From assembly GCA_963796135.1 (NCBI GenBank), contig CAWCKK010000011.1, forward strand, positions 72,140-136,139: DNA of 64,000 nucleotides. Direction: 5' to 3'. The stretch is from an uncultured Acidobacteriota bacterium. Its GTDB lineage: Bacteria; Chlamydiota; Chlamydiia; Chlamydiales; Rhabdochlamydiaceae. A model generated the notes under the pieces. It saw only the letters and a list, made by a program, of their open reading frames with translations, made no database searches and had not been told where the DNA came from. Positions 53,465 to 62,895 of the stretch are shown here, piece after piece (position 1 is the first letter of the stretch; every line of letters starts with the position of its first letter). The translations under genes and the position numbers were made by a program.

Positions 53465-55829
53465 ATGCTGAATTTCTTCCGCAAGCACCAGAAGTATTTT
53501 TTCATCGTCATCACTGCGGCAGTTGTCGTTTCGTTTTGTTTTTTTGGGACCTATAGCGCTTCCTTAGGTCAGATGGAGGCTCCTGTCGACAAAGAGGTAG
53601 TGAAGGGAGTGTGCGGCAAACCGATGATGCAGCAGGAGATCCTTGCCCTTTCCCATCTGCTCTCTACCTCTGCATCGGATAGGAGCTCTTGGAAAAAAGG
53701 GGAGATGCCGAACCTTCTCAACGATGGCGTTATTGAAAAAGACTTCCTCTCCAGTGGACTGGCTACTCTGCTGGTCAAGGAGTACTTCCGACCTTCTCCA
53801 ACCGGATTTAGACTTGCGCCTCCAGAAGATCCGCGATTTTCACCCCTACGTGCACCCCAGTTCCCCTGGCATCAGCGCAGAAGGGGTCTGGGCGCGATTT
53901 TCCCCTCAGCTGCATTGCCATTTTCAACTGCTTAAATCCAAGAGCGATTCGCTGACTCTAGAGGCATTTGCTCTGATGGGCAAGCTCTATGTCGATCAGG
54001 GGATGGTGCCGGCTGATACTTTAAAGCAGATTCTGATGATGCACCAAAATCAATTAGGCGCTGTCCCAGATCCTTTGCTCACCCATTCTGATTTAAATCT
54101 CTTTGGCTTTAAATCGATGGAAGATTGGTTTGGCGTTAAATTTATCTCCCTTGTCTCTCAATTCATTTTGAATGCGGCCCAAATGGCTCAAGAGCGCGGT
54201 TATTCGGTGACAACAGAGGAGGTCCGGGCGGAGCTATTTCGGAACATCGTTCAGGGTTATCAGCAGATTTCTAAAGAGGAGCGCTTATCAGCAGATGAGG
54301 TCCAGCGCTATTTTCAAATGCGGGCGCGATCTTTGGGGCTTGACGAGGGGGGACTTGTCCAGGTCTGGAAGAAGGTGATCCTTTTTCGCAGGCTTTTTGA
54401 AGATGCAAGCGACAGCGTGTTATTGGATTCTCTGGCATGCGAACAGTTTAACCAATACGCTAAGGAAAACGCCCGCATCTGCCTCTATCAGCTGCCCTCT
54501 TGCCTTCACCTTGCCGACTTTCGATCGATGATGAAGCTGCAAGTTTACCTTGAAGCCATTGCACCTGCCTCCTCTGACTTGCGCTTCGACCTGCGCCTTC
54601 CCTGTCAGTTTGCCACAGGGGAGCAGGTCGAGAAAAAAGTTCCCGAACTCATCGAGAGAAAGTTGGAGTTGGAGTGGAGCTCTACGAGTAAAGAGGATCT
54701 TTGCAAAGCCATTAGCGTCAAGCAGAGCTGGGATTGGGAAACAGCCTCTGTCAATTTTGAGACTTTAAGGAAAAATTTCCCAGAGCTTGCAAATGTACGT
54801 GCAGACACCGATGCAGAGCGCTTTAGCGCGTTAAAAGGCTTAAATTCAGATGTGCGTGTAAAAATCGATCGCTTTGCAAGAATCAAGATTGTCGAAGAGC
54901 ATCCTGAATGGGTTTCAAGAGCACTAGAGAGCGCACCTGTAAATACGGACACTGTCAGCCTGAAAACCAAAGGGGGTCGTCTTCCCTTCTAAAAGCTTGC
55001 CCGATGCCGAATTGATCGGATTGTTGCACGATGCCTCTTTGAAATCGGAAAACCCCAATGCAGCAAGTCAGCGCTTGCAATGCTACTGCCCCGATGGCAA
55101 TCATTTTGTCCGGATCCACGTCCTTCAGAAAGAGACAGCCCCCAGAGTGCTTACTTTTGCAGATGCCGTTTCCGATGGAACTTTGGACAGCTCCTGGATC
55201 ATAAGCTGGAGCAGGCTTATCCCGATGTGCGCAAAAAAAATGCCCGATCTTTTCAGCAAAACAATGGGGAATGGAAGCCTTTTAACCAGGTGAAAGATCA
55301 AATCGGCAGACTCTACTTTTCCGACCTGCTCAAAACAATCGAGGTGGACTATCTCCATTATTATGGGTTGCTTCCCGGAAAACAGGAACAGCTCCCACTG
55401 AACTTTTATAGCAGCGCTAGACTCCTTTTGTATATGAAAGAGGCTCAAAGAGCTATTGAGGGGGGAATAGATAGCGGCAAGTGGATTCGATCTGAAGATG
55501 ACAAAGACTCCTTGGGGTCGCAGTGGCGGCTAGAACAGAAGGATCAGTGGGTCGACCGCTCTACAAATCTTGGCTTTTCTAAGGAAGAGATTTTCTCATT
55601 AGAGCCCAATAGTTTTTCGAAAGTGGTTGTGGGGGAGAGGGGATCTGTTGTTTTCTATCGCATCCTAGAAAAAGGAGCCCCGCTACCGCCCCCTGTGGGC
55701 ATTGTGGAGCAAGGACACGATTATCTCTCTGCGGATGCTAAGCGCGATCTGATGCTCAAAGTGCTGCAGCGCATCCGCCATAAAAAAGCTGTGGATCTTA
55801 ATTCGATCATCGCAGAAGGGCCTTTATGA
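53465..55829 (+). CDS. Conserved chlamydial protein (CT283-like, PpiD/SurA-like N-terminal anchor), three apparent frameshifts
   Basis: MLNFFRKHQK plus TM start; four overlapping ORF pieces join into one ~785-aa protein upstream of gcvH. Confidence 0.6.
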
Positions 55830-56476
55830 CTGTAGAAATTTTTGAGAAGTTGCCCGCACTTGCCCCCTTAGAGTGCTTTTCCTTGAGCTGCCGGATGCGT
55901 TACTCTCAAGCTCAACCTTCTTTGAAGGTGCTCCGCTCGAAGTTCTTGCTCCCCGACACCTCCGATTGGCTTGGAGAAGAGAGCTTTGCAAGCGTTGCCA
56001 TCGCCTGGAGCCAAATAGGCCTCTTTGTAGGGGCGTTTGTCGATAAGCCCTTTGAAGAGGTTATCTATCCCCGTTTTTCACAAGGAGATGCCCTCGAGCT
56101 TTTCATAGACACCCGCGATTTTAAAAAAGCCGGCTTTGCCACCCGTTTTTGCCATAGGTTTGTCGTTTTTGCAAAACCGTTTCAGGGGATTTCTGCCCAT
56201 GAAATTTCCCACTTTCGCGCAGAAGATTCCCACCCCTTATGCGACCCTGCCGATTTACAGGTAATCTCTGATTTTGCAAGTAAAAGCTACCAAGTGCAGG
56301 TCTTCATCCCTGCGCATTGCCTCCACGGTTATGATTCTGAGGCCTTCGATCGGATCGGTTTCACTTATCGCGTCCATCGCTTAAGAGGGGTTGCCCAGCA
56401 CTTTGCCATCGCCGCGCATCACTTTTCATTAGAACAACACCCCCGCCTTTGGGCAAGCTTTAAATTGGTAAAATAG
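55826..56476 (+). CDS. Hypothetical protein, possibly CBM9/DOMON-like beta-sandwich
   Basis: GDALELFIDTRD motif and beta-rich pattern; ATGA-coupled to the upstream gene. Confidence 0.5.
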   Translation: MTVEIFEKLPALAPLECFSLSCRMRYSQAQPSLKVLRSKFLLPDTSDWLGEESFASVAIAWSQIGLFVGAFVDKPFEEVIYPRFSQGDALELFIDTRDFKKAGFATRFCHRFVVFAKPFQGISAHEISHFRAEDSHPLCDPADLQVISDFASKSYQVQVFIPAHCLHGYDSEAFDRIGFTYRVHRLRGVAQHFAIAAHHFSLEQHPRLWASFKLVK

Positions 56477-56487
56477 GAGCTGTATCC

Positions 56488-56847
56488 ATGAGATTTACCG
56501 ACTCGCACGAATGGATCAAAGTGGACAACGGCATAGGCACTGTCGGGATTACAGACCATGCTCAAAAAGAGCTTGGCGAGGTGGTCTTTATCGAGCTGCC
56601 CGCTGTCGGCAAGCGCGTTAGAGCAGGCGAGGAAGTTGCCGTTTTGGAATCGACCAAAGCCGCCGCAGACATCTATTCTCCTGTCACGGGAGAAATTGTC
56701 GAAATTAATCAAAGGCTCGCAGATTTTATTCACGAGGTCAACTCCCAAGCCGAATCTGCAGGGTGGCTTTTTAAAATCAAGCTCTGCGATCATCAAGAAG
56801 TCGATAAGCTTCTAAAGAAAGAGGAGTATCTCCAAATGGTCCAATGA
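56488..56847 (+). CDS. gcvH: Glycine cleavage system H protein (lipoyl carrier)
   Basis: HEW, GITDHAQ and ESTKAA lipoyl-lysine motifs. Confidence 0.95.
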   Translation: MRFTDSHEWIKVDNGIGTVGITDHAQKELGEVVFIELPAVGKRVRAGEEVAVLESTKAAADIYSPVTGEIVEINQRLADFIHEVNSQAESAGWLFKIKLCDHQEVDKLLKKEEYLQMVQ

Positions 56848-56958
56848 CCTTACTCTTTCTATCCCTGCAGTTTTACCTGCCCCGGGAAACAACGTCATTC
56901 CCAACACACTCCACTGCATCCTCCAATGGCTAAATGCCAGTTATAGGCAGGTTTTTCC

Positions 56959-57636
56959 ATGGGCCTTTTGGAACCTCTAATCCATCTGCTGTATCCGCCG
57001 CTGTGTTTGCATTGCCGCGCTTCTTTGGATCAGCCAAGTTCCCTGCTTTGCTCCCTTTGCTTTGAGCAGATGAGTCTGTTAGAAACAAAAGGGCGATGTT
57101 TGAGGTGTTTTGACCCACTCAATAAAGGCCTCTGTGGCCAATGCATTGGACGGAAAGCGATTCTGCGCCGGCAGATGGCTGCCTGCGAAAGGATGGGAGC
57201 CGCAAGCACTATCCTAACGGGAATAGTCCAGGGAAACAGAAAGTGCATCCTCGCAGCAGCCTCCCTAATGGCCTATCAGTGGCTCGAACAAAACCAGCTG
57301 ATTGCCGATCTGCTCATCCCCTTGCCAATCCCTTTTTGGCAAAGATTGCGGCAGGGAACCGATGTCAATTTGGAACTTGCAAAAGAGGTCAGCCAGATTT
57401 TTTCTGCGCCCCAAGTGTCGATGCTCAAAGCTACATTCGACAGCCACCATTTTTTAACCTCTGGCCAATTTCAATGCCGCTTTGAGGTGAATAGGCGTAA
57501 AGCTGCTTGTCTTTGCGATCAAAAAATTCTGCTCATTGCCCCCGTTCTCAACGACGAGCTCTTTCGCCGTGCAGCAGAAGAACTCAGCCTTTTTTTCCCG
57601 GGGCAGATCGACGGCCTTTCCTTTGTATCCCCCTAA
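56959..57636 (+). CDS. ComF-like protein (double zinc ribbon plus degenerate phosphoribosyltransferase domain)
   Basis: LYPPLCLHC..LCSLC..CLRC..CGQC and IPLP motifs; the usual DDV PRPP loop is absent. Confidence 0.7.
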   Translation: MGLLEPLIHLLYPPLCLHCRASLDQPSSLLCSLCFEQMSLLETKGRCLRCFDPLNKGLCGQCIGRKAILRRQMAACERMGAASTILTGIVQGNRKCILAAASLMAYQWLEQNQLIADLLIPLPIPFWQRLRQGTDVNLELAKEVSQIFSAPQVSMLKATFDSHHFLTSGQFQCRFEVNRRKAACLCDQKILLIAPVLNDELFRRAAEELSLFFPGQIDGLSFVSP

Positions 57637-57646
57637 TGGTCAAAAG

Positions 57647-57724
57647 CTTGAAATTTGGCCATTGCTCAGAGTTAATTTCGCCTCTAGAGGTGAAAGCATT
57701 TGCCTCCAATTCCCCAAAATCCAG
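57647..57724. repeat. Full-length palindromic repeat family copy upstream of the F-box/LRR gene
   Basis: GCCATTGCTCAGAGTTAATTTCGCCTCTAGAGGTGAAAGCA...CCTCCAAT...ATCCAG. Confidence 0.8.
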
Positions 57725-57793
57725 TTTTAGTTGAAAATTAAATCGAATATATATAAAATATAATTGTTAGTTTAAAAATATTATCAATTTTTA

Positions 57794-59005
57794 TTGAGTT
57801 TTTTTATGTCAATTTGTTTTTTAGGAAATGTAAATTCGAATACATTTTTGTACAATTTAGGTTTTATAGAAAATAAGGTTATTTTATTTAAAGAAATGTC
57901 TTTAGAAAAAGAAGACCAATCTGATGGGTTTTGTGCATTAGATTCTGCGATTAAAGAGATTAATGAAGTTGGAAATGTGCATTTAAATTACGAAAAAGTG
58001 AAACATAATTATTTTACTAATTCAGAAAAATTGAATTATATTTATTTTATTAATTTACGCGGAGAAACTATTTATAATTATGAGAATTCAATAAAAACAG
58101 ATTATGAGAATTTAATAAAAACAGTTCGCCCATTTATCTCGGATAACATTCAAGACGCTCTTACCTGTGATGCGCTACTGGAAAAAATTGCCACAGTCAA
58201 ATGTAAGATAGACCTTTTTGTGTTTCATGCAGGTTCTCCTTTTTCAAAAGGACTGCCCGTAGAGATTTTAACCCGCATCTTAATGGATGTGCCAATGAAT
58301 AAGGCTGCCTCTATTTGTAAAAATTGGAATTACTGTTCGGCGGGCGTTTGGACAAGAAGTTGGGGGGCGATTCTAAATGCTTCAGACGCTCCTGCAGAGA
58401 TGAAAGAGGGTATGCAAGCTTTGAAACGATTGTCTCCAAGAGACAGTGGTTTTGCTCTCATTGCAGAATTTTTCGATTATTACGGATTTAAAAGTAAAGC
58501 GGATCTTAAAAAAGAACTCAATCGTTTTTCGCGCCTTTCAGTACAAGATTTAAAAGAGAAGATGATCGCTTGTTTTCAAGCCCGCAAAGATCATAGCCTT
58601 ATGATTTTATGGAACCACATGGACTGCCCTGAACTTAAATCCATGTCAAATCCGACAACAGCACAACAGGTCAGAGAGATAATGCAGAATCGCGAGAACC
58701 AAGAAAAGTTAAAAGGAATTAAAAAGCTTGATTTATCTTATTCGGGCCTATGCCTGCCCCCTGAGGAGTTAAGGCTCTTCTCAGGTTTAGAAAGTCTCGA
58801 CCTCAGGGGCAATGAGATCCTCCATTTCAAGGTCCCAGAAGAGTGTATAGGGTTAGAAAAGCTTCACCTCGGGCTAAATAATCTTACTGATTTGTATATC
58901 CCAGAGAAATTTGAGAAATTAAAAGAGCTTTTCCTCTATTGCAATAAGCTTGCCCATTTAACAGAGCTTTTTCGTAAAAGATTTCATGAAAATTTGTGGA
59001 TCTAA
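57794..59005 (+). CDS. F-box-like plus C-terminal leucine-rich-repeat protein, putative effector
   Basis: Internal GLPVEILTRILMDVP..ASICKNW; LRRs LKGIKKLDLS, LESLDLRGN, LEKLHLGLNNL and LKELFLYCNKL; strongly AT-rich 5' part. Confidence 0.75.
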   Translation: MSFFMSICFLGNVNSNTFLYNLGFIENKVILFKEMSLEKEDQSDGFCALDSAIKEINEVGNVHLNYEKVKHNYFTNSEKLNYIYFINLRGETIYNYENSIKTDYENLIKTVRPFISDNIQDALTCDALLEKIATVKCKIDLFVFHAGSPFSKGLPVEILTRILMDVPMNKAASICKNWNYCSAGVWTRSWGAILNASDAPAEMKEGMQALKRLSPRDSGFALIAEFFDYYGFKSKADLKKELNRFSRLSVQDLKEKMIACFQARKDHSLMILWNHMDCPELKSMSNPTTAQQVREIMQNRENQEKLKGIKKLDLSYSGLCLPPEELRLFSGLESLDLRGNEILHFKVPEECIGLEKLHLGLNNLTDLYIPEKFEKLKELFLYCNKLAHLTELFRKRFHENLWI

Positions 59006-59007
59006 AT

Positions 59008-59085
59008 CTGAACTTTAAGCCATTGCTCAGAGCTAATTTTGCCTCTAGAGGTGAAAGCAGCCTTAGAGCAATGGCCAAAGTTCAG
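59008..59085. repeat. Full-length palindromic repeat family copy just downstream of the F-box/LRR gene
   Basis: CTGAACTTTAAGCCATTGCTC...CCTCTAGAGG...GAGCAATGGCCAAAGTTCAG. Confidence 0.85.
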
Positions 59086-59120
59086 GTCAAGGGATGAAAA
59101 TCGACGAACAGACCGTTTTG

Positions 59121-60474
59121 TCAAGCTTCGATATTGCGGCGGGCCATATCGATCTGCCGGCGAAGGGTTTCATCTTTTACAATTTGGCCAGCGATTTTTT
59201 TCCAGGCATGCAGAAGAGTAGAATGGGTTTTCCCTCCGAAAGCAGAGGCAAGGCGGATGAGCGAGTCATGGATCATCTCTTTGGCAAGGTACATCGCCAC
59301 TTGCCTTGGAAAAGCGATCTCTTTGGTGCGCACGCAGCTTTTAAGATCGCTGACGCGCACATCGAAGATTGTCGCTACGCTTTTGAGGATATTTTCGACG
59401 CTGATTTTTCTATGAGGGGCGTATTGAAAAAGTTCGCTGAGGGTTTTTTCCACAACCTCTTCTGTGACATCAAGGCCCATCAATCGACAATAAGCGCTCA
59501 GGCGATTAATTGCCCCTTCGAGCTGCCTGACGTTGTTAAAGATGTGCTCTGCAATAAAGAAGGCGACTTTTTGGGGGATGCGTAACCCTTTATGTTCTGC
59601 TTTGTGCTGCAAAATAGCGACACGTGTTTCTAAGATCGGGGATGCCGATATTGGCGACAAGACCCCATTCCATACGCGCGATCATCCGTTCGGATAGTTT
59701 GAGCTGGCCTGGCGGCTTATCTGAGGTGATGACGATCTGCTTGCTTTGATTGATGAGGCTTCAAAGGTATTGCAGAATTCCTCTTCGAAGTTAAGTCGGC
59801 TTTGCAAAAATTGAATATCATCGACGATCAGCACATCGAGAGAACGGTAAAACCGTTTCATCCGGTCCATCGACTTATCGCGCAGGTGGTCGACGAGTTC
59901 ATTGATGAACCCTTCGGTTGTGATGCAGTGTATCCGCAGTTTTTTGTTATGCCTGTCGATGTGGTGTCCGATCGCATGGCAGCAAATGCGTCTTTCCAAG
60001 GCCCACGCCGCCGTGAATGAATAGGGGATTGTAGGATTTGCCGGGGCGGCTAGCAACGCCGATTGCCGCTGACTTGACAAATTGGTTGGCAGGCCCTTCG
60101 ATGAAATTTTCAAACGTGTAGTTGGGGTTAAACTTAATTCCCGAGGAGCTGCTCTCGTGCGGTTCTGCGGGATCAGGGTCTGCTTTTGCTTCTGTGGGCA
60201 GGGGTACCACTTTTTTGTGAGCTTCTGAGATCACAAAAGCAATGGCTGGCTCTCCCGAAAACTTCAGGGGAAGAAAAGAGAGGAGATCTTTTTTATAGTT
60301 ATCGAGGAGATATTCCTGGACGAATATATTCGGAACCTCTAAACACACCTCATCTGCCTGTCCATCGATGAGGTGGATTGAGGCAAACCAGTTTTCAAAC
60401 TCTGTCGACGAACAGCGTTCGCTGACAAATTCTAGAAAATCGAACCATGCTTGTCGAGGTGTTTTTGTTAGCAT
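59121..60474 (-). CDS. dnaA: Chromosomal replication initiator DnaA (CT275-type chlamydial paralog), several frameshifts
   Basis: [41 protein letters not shown] and HSTLLHA motifs. Confidence 0.93.
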
Positions 60475-60489
60475 AAACGGATGGCTTTT

Positions 60490-60676
60490 CAATTGGCTTA
60501 AATTCCAGACTGGTGTCGATTGGAGGGAGGTGAAAGCAGCCCCGAGCAAAGGACATCAGCCCAGTTAATTTACACCCTCAAGTTAGCACCTTCAGCGCAA
60601 ACCTAGCAATACATTTGTGATTGTTCGATCTTGAACCTATACCATTAGCTGGACTTTAGCCATTGTTCAAGCCCAG
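60490..60676. repeat. Cluster of partial palindromic repeat family copies upstream of dnaA
   Basis: ATTGGAGGGAGGTGAAAGCAGCCCCGAGCAAAGGACATCAGCCCAG (ends 60564) and CTGGACTTTAGCCATTGTTCAAGCCCAG (60649-60676). Confidence 0.65.
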
Positions 60677-60779
60677 ATTAAAAAATTTCAGTCGATTTTT
60701 GGGTTCTTCGTATGTTGTTAAAAAACAAGAAAAGGCGTTATGGTGAAAGCTTCGAGTTCCAAAAGCGGTTTCTGGGGCT

Positions 60780-61013
60780 TTGAAGAACCTAAAGTTTAAG
60801 GAGCTTAAATTTGTGAATAATCAGGGGAGCGCGCATCATTGCGCGATGGTTGAAAAGGGAGGGAAATGCTGTGAGGGGATGGCGATGCACAAAGAGGATT
60901 GCCATGTTTGGGGGTATGTGTTTGGGGGAGTTGTTCTTGCAGCCCTTGCTGTGGTCATCATCTTGCAGTCGAAAATACTTAAATCTATCCACAAAAGCAG
61001 CAAAAAGAAGTGA
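60780..61013 (+). CDS. Small single-TM membrane protein (start uncertain, possibly 60846)
   Basis: Cys/His-rich segment, one hydrophobic helix and a Lys-rich tail. Confidence 0.45.
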   Translation: MKNLKFKELKFVNNQGSAHHCAMVEKGGKCCEGMAMHKEDCHVWGYVFGGVVLAALAVVIILQSKILKSIHKSSKKK

Positions 61014-61190
61014 GCCGTGCAGTTTCGGTCACGACATGTCAAGCCCAATTTTTATAAAGCGGATTTTTCACTCACGAAGGGTATAACTGTCTGGATCTGC
61101 TGGTTTCGGGATAAAACTCTTGCTAAAACCTACCTGCTTAGGATAAAATGGCTCATTAAATTTAAGGACTTCAAAATCCTCCTTCATAAG

Positions 61191-62225
61191 ATGATGCAGT
61201 CAATCCACGGGTTAAGCTTACAGAATTTGTCGGAGGCCCTCTCCCGAAAAGGGGAGAGGTCTTTCCGTGCGAACCAAATTTTTCAATGGATTTACGAAAA
61301 ACAGGTATGTGATTGGGATCAGATGACAGACCTTGCCCAAGGCTTGCGCTCTTTTTTGAAGGGGCAATTTGCCATTGGGGCGATCCAACAGATAGCAACT
61401 GAAACTTCTGCAGATGGGGAAACGATCAAATTTCTTTGGGAGCTCAAGGACGGCAAAAGGGTGGAATCGGTTTTGATTTACTCGAAAGAAAGGCGCACGG
61501 TGTGCGTCTCTTCTCAGGTCGGCTGCCCTGTGCGCTGTGCTTTTTGCGCCTCTGGAAAAGAAGGACTGCTTCGGAATTTGAGCGAAGCTGAGATTTTTGA
61601 GCAGGTCTATCAAATCGATTTATTTTTAAAAGGCAAAGGGGAACGAGTGTCCCATGTTGTCTTCATGGGGATGGGGGAGCCTTTTGAAAATTACGACAAT
61701 GTGCTCAAAGCCATCCATCTGCTCAACGATCCTTTGCGCCTTCATATTTCTCAAAGGAGAATTACCGTTTCGACCGTGGGTGTTTTGGAGGGGATTCACC
61801 GCTTTGCAAAAGAAGGGCTGAATGTCAACCTGGTTCTATCTCTTCATGCTCCCAATCAGCATATCCGGAAAAAAATTATTCCTTACGCCCGCAAGTACCC
61901 CTTGGAAGAGATTTTAAGAGCGATGCTTTTCTTTTCCAAAGAGAGCAAAAGGGATATCACTTATGAGTACACGCTGTTAGAGGGGATCAACGATTTGAAA
62001 GAGCACGCAGAAGAATTGGCTGTGCTGCTTAAAGGGCACCCGTGCACAGTGAATCTGATCCCTTATAATCCCGTTTTTGGTTTGAACCTCAAACGCCCGA
62101 AAAAAGAGTCGATTGAGGAGTTTCGAAGGGTTTTGACATCGCATGGAATTGTGACGACTTGGCGCTACACAAAAGGTAAGGATATTGCCGCAGCTTGCGG
62201 GCAGCTGGCATTGAAGACAGGATAA
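61191..62225 (+). CDS. rlmN: 23S rRNA/tRNA m2A methyltransferase (radical SAM)
   Basis: CVSSQVGCPVRCAFC, MGMGEP and AACGQL motifs. Confidence 0.96.
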   Translation: MMQSIHGLSLQNLSEALSRKGERSFRANQIFQWIYEKQVCDWDQMTDLAQGLRSFLKGQFAIGAIQQIATETSADGETIKFLWELKDGKRVESVLIYSKERRTVCVSSQVGCPVRCAFCASGKEGLLRNLSEAEIFEQVYQIDLFLKGKGERVSHVVFMGMGEPFENYDNVLKAIHLLNDPLRLHISQRRITVSTVGVLEGIHRFAKEGLNVNLVLSLHAPNQHIRKKIIPYARKYPLEEILRAMLFFSKESKRDITYEYTLLEGINDLKEHAEELAVLLKGHPCTVNLIPYNPVFGLNLKRPKKESIEEFRRVLTSHGIVTTWRYTKGKDIAAACGQLALKTG

Positions 62226-62301
62226 AAATAGTTCCTAAAAAATGTGAAATTGAATATACAGTGTTTCCATTTCCAGTGATCCTACACGATAAGGTTTTCA
62301 C

Positions 62302-62895
62302 GTGAGCTTGCCTCTTTTTCTGACACTTTCGCGCATCTTTCTCGGCCCTGTTTTTTTGTTGGTTTATCTTTACTACCAGCATTTGGGGATTACGCTGATC
62401 TCTCTGCCTTACATTTTGCTTTTTTTGGCAGGGGTTTCAGAGTTGTCCGACGTCTTTGACGGGGCCCTTGCGCGCAAGCACAATAAAGTCACCGAGCTCG
62501 GCAAGCTCTTAGATCCCATGGCAGATAGTATTTTCAGACTCTCTGTATTGCTCTCGTTCACACAGGGGGTGATTCAACTTCCCCTGCTGCTTGTTTGTGT
62601 TTTTTTCTATCGGGATACGATCATTAGCACCCTGCGCACAGTGTGCGCGCTTCGGGGGATTGCGCTAGCAGCGCGCTTGTCTGGAAAAATTAAGGCGGTG
62701 ATTCAAGCCGCTGTTGGTTTTTTTATCTTGATCATGCTGATCCCCTATTCGATGGGTTGTCTGGATTTGCAATTGCTAAAGACAGTCAGCTTTTATAGCG
62801 TGTTTATCGCAGCTATCTACACCCTGTACTCTGGGTTGGAGTATGTGATTGTCAATCGCGCTTATATCAAAAAGGCCTTGGGCTATTCGCGTTAA
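62302..62895 (+). CDS. pgsA: CDP-diacylglycerol--glycerol-3-phosphate 3-phosphatidyltransferase
   Basis: DVFDGALAR...GKLLDPMAD CDP-alcohol phosphotransferase motif. Confidence 0.88.
   Translation: MSLPLFLTLSRIFLGPVFLLVYLYYQHLGITLISLPYILLFLAGVSELSDVFDGALARKHNKVTELGKLLDPMADSIFRLSVLLSFTQGVIQLPLLLVCVFFYRDTIISTLRTVCALRGIALAARLSGKIKAVIQAAVGFFILIMLIPYSMGCLDLQLLKTVSFYSVFIAAIYTLYSGLEYVIVNRAYIKKALGYSR

Noticed and set aside
60582-60608. TTAGCAC half-site resembling a CIRCE element upstream of dnaA
   Set aside because: The second half-site (GAGTGCTAA) is absent at the 9-bp spacing
60475-60780. Replication origin next to dnaA
   Set aside because: No cluster of TTATCCACA-like DnaA boxes was visible; the chlamydial origin is generally not adjacent to dnaA
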